26,941 nt of DNA from the IMG/VR virus record IMGVR_UViG_3300032292_000478, positions 1 to 26,941 of that record, one strand, 5' to 3'. This DNA comes from a virus. Taxonomy: Duplodnaviria > Caudoviricetes. A program made the position numbers and the translations under genes. The notes beneath the pieces were generated by a model that saw only the letters and a program-made list of their open reading frames with translations, was not told where the DNA came from and did no database searches. Shown here piece after piece: positions 17,242-25,867 of this stretch (position 1 is its first letter; each line of letters begins with the position of its first letter).

Positions 17242-17661
17242 ATGAATAGCTACATAGGTCATCGCTCTCTTAGAGATGCGCAGCAGCAGGGCACAGCCCC
17301 ATGGACTGACGAAGCCAAAGAGATATCCGACTATCATGTGGCTGTGTTCCGCGATGCGTATCCTGTGGCACCTGGACATCTGTTGTTTGTGCCTCGCTAT
17401 GACACACCTGGTGTGATCAAGGATGCATTTGACTCTGCATACATACATGGCTTGCAGCTCAAAGAGCGTGGAGAGATACAGGGGTTCAACATAGGTATGA
17501 ACATGGGCGCAGTGGCTGGTCAAACAGTGATGTACCCGCACATACACCTCATCCCAAGATCTGCAGGAGACTGTGCGGATCCGGTGGGTGGAGTGCGCGG
17601 AGTGATTCCTGGTCAGGCTAACTACAAGAACACAGGATATAAAAAACCCGAATGTTTCTAG
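17242..17661 (+). CDS. HIT-family nucleotide hydrolase
   Basis: DAYPVAPGHLLFVP, GFNIGMN, AGQTVMYPHIHLIPR. Confidence 0.9.
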   Translation: MNSYIGHRSLRDAQQQGTAPWTDEAKEISDYHVAVFRDAYPVAPGHLLFVPRYDTPGVIKDAFDSAYIHGLQLKERGEIQGFNIGMNMGAVAGQTVMYPHIHLIPRSAGDCADPVGGVRGVIPGQANYKNTGYKKPECF

Positions 17662-18479
17662 GACTCACACAAGACTATCGCCCTAATTCTGCCACACCAT
17701 TGGGGCAGTATAAACAACATCAACTATTGGTGAACAACCAGGGCGACTTTAGTTTGATGACCAATGTATGCCCGCATCAAGGCAGCATGATCACACAATG
17801 CCGTACCAGCCAACTACAATGTCCTTATCATGGTTGGAAGTTTGGTCTTGATGGTCAAGGTCAAGACAATCAAGGCCGATTGGACCAGCATCAAATATTC
17901 ACAGTCAATGATATGCTGTTGAGCGAGGCCATAGATTTTGTTCCTACTATGCCTCTCAAACACATGACCTTGATGAAACATCGCACTGACCTAGTGGAAG
18001 CTTCAGTGGATGCCATCATGGATGTGTTCCTGGACATTGACCATATATCCGTGGCCCATGCTGGTGTGTATGATCCCATTGGCCTCAGCAGGTTTGGTGA
18101 TATACGCATTGAAACTTTTGATCAAGGTAGCTTACAAACGGTTCCTGCACAACAACCACCTCACATCCTCACCGAAGATCACATGCGAAACATCGGAGCC
18201 ATGTGGTTGGCTATCTATCCTGGCACCATGATTGAATGGCAACCAGGTGCTCTGTTTGTCACAGTGGCCACTAACCTTGACTATAAACACAGTAGTGTAG
18301 AAGTATACAAATATCGCGATGTCAGATATCCACAACAGACCTGGACCATGAATCAACAGGTGTGGGAAAAGGCTTGGTCTCAAGATAGAGAGCTCAGCCG
18401 CAATATCGTGAACCTGTGCATGGATCCCGCAGAACCTTTGAAACAGCATCATAGAGCATGGATCAACGATGCTATGTAA
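17652..18479 (+). CDS. Rieske [2Fe-2S] non-heme iron oxygenase, compact alpha-subunit-like
   Basis: CPHQG...CPYHGW Rieske ligands; DIDHISVAH mononuclear iron motif and a distal QD. Confidence 0.85.
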   Translation: MFLGLTQDYRPNSATPLGQYKQHQLLVNNQGDFSLMTNVCPHQGSMITQCRTSQLQCPYHGWKFGLDGQGQDNQGRLDQHQIFTVNDMLLSEAIDFVPTMPLKHMTLMKHRTDLVEASVDAIMDVFLDIDHISVAHAGVYDPIGLSRFGDIRIETFDQGSLQTVPAQQPPHILTEDHMRNIGAMWLAIYPGTMIEWQPGALFVTVATNLDYKHSSVEVYKYRDVRYPQQTWTMNQQVWEKAWSQDRELSRNIVNLCMDPAEPLKQHHRAWINDAM

Positions 18480-19335
18480 AAATAACTGGATCAATCTTAC
18501 TTGGGATGGCAAGACAGCAAGAGACAAAACAGAAAATATCCGCATTGAGTTCTTACGCCGTGCTCGTGTCTTGATGGATTTTGATCATGCCTGTGATCGA
18601 GCAGCTAGTGAAATATACGATAGTCACAAAAATCTGTACCTAGCGCTCAGTGGTGGCAGTGACAGCGAATACGTGGCCACTTGTTTGCATCGCAATGGCA
18701 TACCATTTACACCACTGATATTGCGATATAACCTGGCCACATCCAATGACCAACACTATGAAACTTGGTATGCTATGCATTGGTGTAGGACACATAATGT
18801 AGAACCTGTGATTGTTGATATCGATGATTATGTGACATCAGATCATGGAAAAGCAGTGTATCTCAAACACAAACCAAGATTGCTGGGAGGTTCAGTCACT
18901 GCTGGATTCTTACATCAATATGTGAATGAACTTGGTGGCAAGCTCGTAACTGGTTATCAGATCGAATACTATCCAGACCAAGAGCAGATGACCTATCTTG
19001 AACCGCAACTGGGTGACTATCGTGGCTTCGTGCTCGAAGAAAGCGATCTGTATATTGAGACCTTGGCTCCAAATCAACATCCCTGGGCCTTCTACTACTG
19101 GAGTCCAGAAGTGATGAGCAGTTTTGTAAATGCCTGGGATACTAATCTCAACATGTGCGACAACAAGTCTCGGATATACAAGACTAGTCCACGGCCTAAA
19201 TTCTTATATCCTGCTAACTTTTTTCCGGGCAAACAATGGATCATTAGGAAAACACTGTCCGAAAACAACTGGGGGACCATTGATTGTGCTCTACTAGGCG
19301 ATCGCAAAAGTTTATTGGATCAACTGCTAGAGTAA
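18469..19335 (+). CDS. PP-loop (adenine nucleotide alpha-hydrolase) superfamily protein
   Basis: LALSGGSDS PP-loop; lacks the QueC C-terminal Cys/Zn motif. Confidence 0.7.
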   Translation: MLCKNNWINLTWDGKTARDKTENIRIEFLRRARVLMDFDHACDRAASEIYDSHKNLYLALSGGSDSEYVATCLHRNGIPFTPLILRYNLATSNDQHYETWYAMHWCRTHNVEPVIVDIDDYVTSDHGKAVYLKHKPRLLGGSVTAGFLHQYVNELGGKLVTGYQIEYYPDQEQMTYLEPQLGDYRGFVLEESDLYIETLAPNQHPWAFYYWSPEVMSSFVNAWDTNLNMCDNKSRIYKTSPRPKFLYPANFFPGKQWIIRKTLSENNWGTIDCALLGDRKSLLDQLLE

Positions 19336-19346
19336 ATACTGTTCCC

Positions 19347-19411
19347 AAGCGGTCTTGGCGTCACTCCCGCTTTACAAATTCTGCCGCCTATGCTATAATC
19401 TAACATAGGAG
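19347..19411 (+). ncRNA. Candidate preQ1-I-like riboswitch (H-type pseudoknot plus SD-sequestering stem) upstream of queD
   Basis: P1 AAGCGG (19347-19352) pairs with CCGCTT (19367-19372). Loop GGCG (19357-19360) pairs with TGCC or CGCC (19382-19388) after an A-containing linker. CCTATG (19387-19392) pairs with CATAGG (19404-19409), covering the SD. Confidence 0.5.
19371..19399 (+). promoter_or_regulatory. Sigma70-like extended -10 promoter for queD, nested in the structured leader
   Basis: TTTACA (19371-19376), 17 bp, TGcTATAAT (19391-19399); a separate TAAATA at 19333-19338. Confidence 0.75.
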
Positions 19412-19417
19412 AAACAC

Positions 19418-19906
19418 ATGGCAAAATATATTTCTACTAAGACGTACAATCAAATAGGCCCCGTGGCATACCGTCAATGGCGCGCCGACAGTCACTGCAA
19501 TCTGGTACATGGTTACGCATTGAGTTTCCACTTTGAATTTGAATGTGATACTCTTGATGCTCGTAACTGGTGCATGGATTTCGGAGGATTGAGACCACTC
19601 AAGGACAAACTAGAGGAATGGTTTGACCATACTCTATTGGTTGCTCAGGATGATCCTCATCGTGATGCACTACTGAACTTGGGTAAACTGGGCATAGCCA
19701 AGATCACCGAAGTAGAAAAGACAGGCTGCGAAGGATTAGCTGACTTCCTGTACGAATATATCAACACCATATTCTTTCCCATGTATGGAACGGAAGAAGC
19801 CAAGCGTGTGTGGTGTTGCAAAGTAGAAGTGCGTGAAACTGATTCAAACATGGCCATGCGTGTGGGCCATAGGTCGGACAATGAGTTCGACGATTTTGTT
19901 AACTAA
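19418..19906 (+). CDS. queD: 6-carboxy-5,6,7,8-tetrahydropterin synthase
   Basis: HCNLVHGY, MDFGGL, FDHTLL, GCEGLA, VEVRET. Confidence 0.92.
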   Translation: MAKYISTKTYNQIGPVAYRQWRADSHCNLVHGYALSFHFEFECDTLDARNWCMDFGGLRPLKDKLEEWFDHTLLVAQDDPHRDALLNLGKLGIAKITEVEKTGCEGLADFLYEYINTIFFPMYGTEEAKRVWCCKVEVRETDSNMAMRVGHRSDNEFDDFVN

Positions 19907-19918
19907 AGGAGGTATCAT

Positions 19919-20590
19919 ATGTTAGAAACATTATGGGCTTTGTCAGCTATCATATTGATTGACCTGGTGCTGGCAGGCGACAATGCCTTGATCATTGGTA
20001 TGGCAGCAAACAGGTTGCCCGAACATCTAAGACAGCGAGCTATCATCTGGGGCACCATAGGTGCAGTGGCAGTGAGGTTCCTGTGCGTGGCCATGCTGAC
20101 CTATCTACTGCTGATACCAGGCCTGAAGTTTGTGGGTGGATTGGTATTGCTGTACATTGGTTGGAAACTGGCGTTCCACGAAGAAGATTCGACCATAGAT
20201 GCCAAGCATACCTTCTGGGGCGCAATCACCACTATCGTGGTAGCAGATGCGGTGATGGGCATAGACAATGCCCTAGGCATTGCTGCTGCGGCCAATGGTG
20301 ACTTTTGGCTGGTAGTTTTTGGATTGCTGATATCAGTACCCATGATCTTGTTTAGCAGCACTATCATCAGTAAGCTTCTAGTACGCCATCCCAATCTCAT
20401 ATTCTTGGGCAGCTATGTGTTGTTTGTAGTGGCGCTACAGATGATGGAGAAAGAACCATTCCTCACAGAATGGTGGCATCAACTGGATCCCATGGTAGAA
20501 CCCGTGGCACCGTTCTTGACTGCTGCGGTTATCACAGCCAAGCAATACTACAGATCCAAGATTAAAATATCACGAAAGGTCACAGCATGA
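19919..20590 (+). CDS. TerC/YjbE-family integral membrane protein
   Basis: IDLVLAGDNALII and ADAVMGIDNALGIA repeats; several hydrophobic segments; SD AGGAGG. Confidence 0.9.
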   Translation: MLETLWALSAIILIDLVLAGDNALIIGMAANRLPEHLRQRAIIWGTIGAVAVRFLCVAMLTYLLLIPGLKFVGGLVLLYIGWKLAFHEEDSTIDAKHTFWGAITTIVVADAVMGIDNALGIAAAANGDFWLVVFGLLISVPMILFSSTIISKLLVRHPNLIFLGSYVLFVVALQMMEKEPFLTEWWHQLDPMVEPVAPFLTAAVITAKQYYRSKIKISRKVTA

Positions 20591-21081
20591 ATCCAAAAGT
20601 AGGCATAGTCATGGGCAGTACATCTGACTGGGAGATAATGTCTGAAGCAGCTAAGATATTGAAACAGTTTGATGTGCCCTACGAAGCTAGGGCATTGAGT
20701 GCGCACCGTAGTCCCGAAGCTTTAGAAAAATGGATCACTGAATGTAGTGTTCGTGGTACTAAAGTGTTTATTGCAGCGGCAGGGGCAGCAGCTCATCTCG
20801 CTGGTGTGGTAGCAGCACAGACACAGTTACCGGTGTTAGGTGTGCCCATGCCATCAAAATACCTCAAAGGTATAGATAGCTTGTTAAGTATGGTGCAGAT
20901 GCCCAAAGGAATTCCCGTGGCCACGTTTGCTGTGGGAGAAGCAGGTGCTGCCAATGCAGCACTGTTTGCTGTGGCCATGTTAGCCACATCAGATTCTGAT
21001 TTAGCAACCAAACTACATGTGTATCGTGAAGCACAAACACAGGCAGTGGTTGCTAAATCAACTTCATTGACATTAGACTAA
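20587..21081 (+). CDS. purE: N5-carboxyaminoimidazole ribonucleotide mutase
   Basis: MGSTSDW, SAHRSP, AGAAAHLAG, PVLGVP, DSLLSMVQMPKGIPVAT. Confidence 0.96.
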   Translation: MNPKVGIVMGSTSDWEIMSEAAKILKQFDVPYEARALSAHRSPEALEKWITECSVRGTKVFIAAAGAAAHLAGVVAAQTQLPVLGVPMPSKYLKGIDSLLSMVQMPKGIPVATFAVGEAGAANAALFAVAMLATSDSDLATKLHVYREAQTQAVVAKSTSLTLD

Positions 21082-21090
21082 GGAGAACAA

Positions 21091-21621
21091 ATGATCGGAA
21101 GACAAGTACCAAACGTAACATTCCGCACCCGTGTGCGTGACGAAAGCGTAGGCGGATCAAACCCATATCGTTGGCAAGACATGACCACACACGATTACTT
21201 TGCTGGTCGGCGTGTGTTGGTGTTTAGCCTGCCAGGTGCATTCACCCCAACTTGCAGCACATATCAACTGCCAGGCTTTGAAGTAGGCCATGCTGAAATC
21301 CAAAGCCACGGTATCAGTGATATCTATTGCGTCAGTGTAAACGATGCATTCGTGATGAACGCCTGGGGCAAACAGCAAAACATCGACAAGATCAAACTGA
21401 TCCCCGATGGCACAGGACAATTTACCAGACTCATGGGCATGCTGGTAAGCAAAGACAACCTTGGTTTTGGCGACCGTAGCTGGCGCTATGCCATGATTGT
21501 GAATGATGGTGTGATCGAAGCCTGGTTTGAAGAACCCGGCCGTGAGGACAACTGTGGTTCAGATCCCTACGGTGAAACCAGTCCAGAGAAAGTCATCAAC
21601 TACCTACGCGGTAGTCTTTAA
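21091..21621 (+). CDS. Peroxiredoxin, Prx5/redoxin family
   Basis: LPGAFTPTCS, VSVNDAFVMNAW, RSWRYAM. Confidence 0.95.
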   Translation: MIGRQVPNVTFRTRVRDESVGGSNPYRWQDMTTHDYFAGRRVLVFSLPGAFTPTCSTYQLPGFEVGHAEIQSHGISDIYCVSVNDAFVMNAWGKQQNIDKIKLIPDGTGQFTRLMGMLVSKDNLGFGDRSWRYAMIVNDGVIEAWFEEPGREDNCGSDPYGETSPEKVINYLRGSL

Positions 21622-21635
21622 CCAAGGAGAAACAA

Positions 21636-22259
21636 ATGTTAGATCGTATCTTAGCAGGACTTGACCGAGCATTGGTCACCAAACTCATGATAGCACACAT
21701 CGCTATCATCGCACTCAGCAACTATCTAGTGCAGTTCAAGTTTGACCTTGCTGGGCATCCCCTGGCAGTGGCAGCGTTCACTTTCCCACTAGTGGTGGTG
21801 TTGACTGACTTGACCGTGCGTTTGCTGGGCAAGGAAACTGGCCGCGCAGTGATTGGATTGGCATTCATCCCTGCTGTGTTTGTCAGTATCTTGGTGGTGT
21901 TGGCCGGTGGTGCTCCCAGTTCAGTGGCATTCCGTATTGGTCTAGGATCAGGTGTGGCTTATTTGGTTAGCAACTTGCTGGACGTTTATGTGTTCCAATA
22001 CCTGCGTGAGAAGTATGCCACCTGGTGGATCGCTCCTGCACTGAGCTGTGTGGTGAGCACATTCTTTGACACCTATGCTTTCTTCTTCACAGCATTCGCC
22101 GGAGGCCAGAACGAGTTCATGGCAGCTAACTGGCACATCGTGGCCACTAACCAAAGTATCACCAAGATCGTTGTGAGCCTGTTGGTGATCCTGCCTGCTT
22201 ATGGCATGTTGTTGAGCTACTTGCAAAACAAAATAGCCAACGACACTGCTGCTCAGTAA
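21636..22259 (+). CDS. yhhQ: Queuosine-precursor (preQ0/preQ1) transporter, VUT family
   Basis: IIALSNYLVQ, FTFPLVVVLTDLTVRLLG, RIGLGS..AY...LLDVYVF, FDTYAFF. Confidence 0.9.
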   Translation: MLDRILAGLDRALVTKLMIAHIAIIALSNYLVQFKFDLAGHPLAVAAFTFPLVVVLTDLTVRLLGKETGRAVIGLAFIPAVFVSILVVLAGGAPSSVAFRIGLGSGVAYLVSNLLDVYVFQYLREKYATWWIAPALSCVVSTFFDTYAFFFTAFAGGQNEFMAANWHIVATNQSITKIVVSLLVILPAYGMLLSYLQNKIANDTAAQ

Positions 22260-23071
22260 TGGATATTTCCATACTGTTACCAACCCGGAGTCGTGCTGAT
22301 CAGATGGAGCGCAGTCTGCGCAGTTTGATCGACCGGGCCTCGGGCCTACACAAGATAGAAATAGTGTTTGGAGTAGATCAAGACGATCAGGAAAACACTG
22401 AACTCTGGAAACAAACTGTGAGACCTTATCTCGCAGAAAAAAATGTATCCGATAGCATACTGGTGTTTGATCCTTTGGGCTATGAGAACTTACATCATTA
22501 TGTGAATGCATTGGCTAGTCACAGCACAGGTTCTTGGATGTTTTTCTGGAATGATGACGCATACATGCAGACACAAGATTGGGACAAAATAATCTGTGGT
22601 TATACAGGCCAGTTCAAACTGCTGAGTGTGCATACACACAACGAACACCCATACAGCATCTTTCCCATAGTTCCTCGTAAGTGGCATGATCTAGTGGGAC
22701 ATCTAAGCCAGCACAGTTTGAATGATGCTTGGTTAAGCCAGGTTGCATACATGCTGGATATCTTTGAACGCATACCAGTTTGGTGCAATCACGATCGCAA
22801 CGATCTCACTGGCAACAACAACGATGCTACCTACAAGAACAGGAAAGTGTTAGAGACCAATCCTACTAATCCCAATGATTTCAACTATGTTGACCGTCAA
22901 CGACAACGATTGAATGATTGTGCTATTTTAGCCACATGGATGCAAGACAACAACATAGACACCAGTTTCTTTGCAGAAAGTTGTCAGGGAAAAAGAGATC
23001 CCTGGGAAAAAATGTTCGCCAATGATGTTAACCGGCAACTAGGCGTTCTTATACCTAAGTTAAATACGTGA
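22259..23071 (+). CDS. GT-A (GT2-like) glycosyltransferase, paralogue 1
   Basis: ISILLPTRSR, DQDD, FFWNDDA, HPYSIFP. Confidence 0.82.
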   Translation: MDISILLPTRSRADQMERSLRSLIDRASGLHKIEIVFGVDQDDQENTELWKQTVRPYLAEKNVSDSILVFDPLGYENLHHYVNALASHSTGSWMFFWNDDAYMQTQDWDKIICGYTGQFKLLSVHTHNEHPYSIFPIVPRKWHDLVGHLSQHSLNDAWLSQVAYMLDIFERIPVWCNHDRNDLTGNNNDATYKNRKVLETNPTNPNDFNYVDRQRQRLNDCAILATWMQDNNIDTSFFAESCQGKRDPWEKMFANDVNRQLGVLIPKLNT

Positions 23072-25047
23072 TGACTAAAAAACGTGTAAGTTTCGTACAG
23101 CCCAACTTCCAACAGGGCCCTAAAGAGTTCAATGCCTACTACTTGCCTTATTCTGTAGGTGTGATATTGAGCTATGCCCTGGGACATGATCATATAAAAC
23201 AGCAATGGGAAGTGGATGAAATAATCTGGCGCAGAGAACCAGTGGAGGATGTGGCACTTAGATTGCAGCACAGTGACATAGTGGCATTCAGTGCCTATGT
23301 CTGGAATCATAGATACAACTACAAACTGGCACGCCGCATCAAAGAACTCAATCCCAAAGTCAAGATCTTGTTCGGTGGTCCGGAACCTGCTATCACTGAT
23401 CCGTTGCTGTTTGAAAAAGAACCCTTCATGGATCTAGTGATCAAGATGGAAGGTGAGATAACTTTCAAACGCATCCTGGAAGACTTTGACACTGACGACT
23501 TCTCCCACATTCCTGGGCTGCTGATCAACACTCGCCCAGGACTGGTGGACACAGGCGATTGTGCCAGGATCGATACATTAGATCAAATACCCAGTCCATA
23601 CCTCACAGGCATATTTGACAAGATGATGGCTGAGAATCCGGATGTGATTTGGAATGCCACACTAGAGACCAATCGCGGTTGTCCATATCAGTGCACCTTT
23701 TGTGACTGGGGTTCGCTGACTTACAACAAGGTCAAGAAGTTTGAACTCACCCGTGTGTTCCATGAACTAGAATGGATTGGCGAGCATTGTGGCTTTGTTA
23801 CCATCACTGACGCTAACTTTGGTATGTTTATCGAACGTGACAACATGATCGTAGACAAGCTGATAGAGGTGCAGAAGACTTGGGGTAAGCTCAGCAGTTT
23901 CTCAATGACCTGGGCCAAGAACCAAAAGAACGAAGTGGTAGGCATCGTCAAGAAACTGATTGAAGAGAGTCCTAACTTCGGGCAAGGTCTCACAGTGAGC
24001 GTACAAAGTATGGACCATGACGTGCTGGAGAACATCAAGCGCAGGAACTTGGACCAACACAAGATCGACGAGATCTTTGCCCTTTGTGATCGCAACAACA
24101 TACCAGTATACACCGAAGTTATTCTGGGCTTGCCTGGAGAAACAGTGGCCACATGGAAGGATGCTTTCTGGAAGATATTCCGTGCAGGCAATCACACAGG
24201 CGTGAATATCTTACAGGCCCAGCTGCTGGAAAACGCAGAAATGAACCTGTTGCAGAAACGCATGTGGAAGATTGAGTCTGTGCCTGTGTATGACTACATG
24301 AGCGGCAGCTATGGTGACGTTGACCTTAGCGAATGCGTGGATGTGGTTGTGAGCACCAAGGACATACCTAGAGAAATGATGTTGGACACGTTGGTGTGGA
24401 ACAGTTTCATCCAGACCTTCCACATCAATGGATTGACCACATACATCTCTAGATACTTGGCCAAGGCACATGGCATTGACTACAGTAAGTTCTATGATGC
24501 TTTTTATGAGTGGATACAACAGGATCAATGGTTCAAAGAGCAGTTTGCCGAAACTCGCAGCTACTTTAAAAACTGGACCATAGATGGACGTATCAATCAT
24601 CCCAAGATCGGTAACATCGAAGTGTTTGGATGGAACTTGGTACACCGCACCACCCTGTATATGCAGCAGCAGCAAAAAATCAATCATGTGTTTGATATCA
24701 TTGACAAGTTCGTAAGATCCAGCTATAATATTGACAGTAACATCATGGACCAGCTGTTGAAGTTCCAACGCAACTATGTGATCGATTACAAGGACTTTAC
24801 CGCACTACCAATCAAAGAAACGTTTGATTACGATTTTCTGGGATATCTATTAGATGACTTACCCTTGGCCACACAGTGTCATTATAGATTTGACTCTGTG
24901 GAAGACAAGACCATGAGCCTAGATAGATTCCTAGAGAGTATGTATTTTGGACGTAAACGCAACTTTGGAAAAACAATAATAACAAAAACCACTCCATCTA
25001 ACAACCATGAAGTGATACATGAACACAGAGAACTCGTCGCAGACTAA
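23068..25047 (+). CDS. Cobalamin-binding radical SAM protein (class B-like)
   Basis: B12-domain motifs FSAYVWN, FGGPE, MEGE; radical SAM motif ETNRGCPYQCTFC; DANFG; ILGLPGET. Start is GTG 23068 or ATG 23071. Confidence 0.92.
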   Translation: MMTKKRVSFVQPNFQQGPKEFNAYYLPYSVGVILSYALGHDHIKQQWEVDEIIWRREPVEDVALRLQHSDIVAFSAYVWNHRYNYKLARRIKELNPKVKILFGGPEPAITDPLLFEKEPFMDLVIKMEGEITFKRILEDFDTDDFSHIPGLLINTRPGLVDTGDCARIDTLDQIPSPYLTGIFDKMMAENPDVIWNATLETNRGCPYQCTFCDWGSLTYNKVKKFELTRVFHELEWIGEHCGFVTITDANFGMFIERDNMIVDKLIEVQKTWGKLSSFSMTWAKNQKNEVVGIVKKLIEESPNFGQGLTVSVQSMDHDVLENIKRRNLDQHKIDEIFALCDRNNIPVYTEVILGLPGETVATWKDAFWKIFRAGNHTGVNILQAQLLENAEMNLLQKRMWKIESVPVYDYMSGSYGDVDLSECVDVVVSTKDIPREMMLDTLVWNSFIQTFHINGLTTYISRYLAKAHGIDYSKFYDAFYEWIQQDQWFKEQFAETRSYFKNWTIDGRINHPKIGNIEVFGWNLVHRTTLYMQQQQKINHVFDIIDKFVRSSYNIDSNIMDQLLKFQRNYVIDYKDFTALPIKETFDYDFLGYLLDDLPLATQCHYRFDSVEDKTMSLDRFLESMYFGRKRNFGKTIITKTTPSNNHEVIHEHRELVAD

Positions 25048-25867
25048 CATCGATATCAGCGTACTTTTGCCCACACGCGGGCGACCCAAGCCACTAGAAC
25101 AATGCCTCCGAACCCTGATGGATCACGCCAAGGATCCCAGTCGTGTGGAAATCATGATCGCATTTGATGATGATGACACTGAGAGCATACAACATTTCAA
25201 CCAGGAAATCCAACCATATCTAGATGGCATTGGTGCAGAATACACAGCCATGCAGTTCACGAGACTGGGCTATCTCCGACTCAATGAATATCTCAATGCA
25301 TTGGCTGCGGCCAGTCAAGGTTCCTGGTTGTTTTTCTGGAACGATGACGCTGTGATGAAAACCCAAGATTGGGATCAGATCATCATGGACAATAGTTCTG
25401 AGTTTGCTTTGCTGCGTGCCGAAACCAATCACGAACATCCTTACGCCATATTCCCTATCTTGCCCCGCAAGTGGATCGAGATCACAGGGCATTTGAGTCC
25501 ACATCAGATCAATGATGCATGGACTAGCCAAGTGGCCTGGATGTTGGACATAGTTAAAAACATTCCGGTGATGATCCATCATGAGCGTTATGATCTCACT
25601 GGAGAGAACTTGGATGAAACATTCAAGGAAAGGATCATGTTAGAAAACATGCCCAACAACGATCCCAGATGTTTCAATCACATCACTTGGCGCAAACGCC
25701 GTGTGGATGAAACTGCCAAGATAGCTGACTATCTTGAAAGCATTGGACGTGACTGTTCATGGTTCCGTGATAGCTTGTCCGGAAAAAACAAAGACATCTG
25801 GGCCAGGATGGTATTATCCGATCCACACAAACGACTAAGACAATGGAAGGACAGTCCCTTTGAATAA
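25019..25867 (+). CDS. GT-A (GT2-like) glycosyltransferase, paralogue 2
   Basis: ISVLLPTRGR, DDDD, FFWNDDA, HPYAIFP; collinear with 22259-23071. Confidence 0.82.
   Translation: MNTENSSQTNIDISVLLPTRGRPKPLEQCLRTLMDHAKDPSRVEIMIAFDDDDTESIQHFNQEIQPYLDGIGAEYTAMQFTRLGYLRLNEYLNALAAASQGSWLFFWNDDAVMKTQDWDQIIMDNSSEFALLRAETNHEHPYAIFPILPRKWIEITGHLSPHQINDAWTSQVAWMLDIVKNIPVMIHHERYDLTGENLDETFKERIMLENMPNNDPRCFNHITWRKRRVDETAKIADYLESIGRDCSWFRDSLSGKNKDIWARMVLSDPHKRLRQWKDSPFE

Noticed and set aside
18469-19335. Calling the PP-loop ORF queC
   Set aside because: It has SGGxDS but lacks the QueC YGQR-type motif and the C-terminal zinc-binding cysteines.
19919-22259. Bacterial chromosome segment or prophage boundary
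   Set aside because: The genes are contiguous and co-oriented with phage-type genes, purE has no purK partner, and no integrase or att site is visible.
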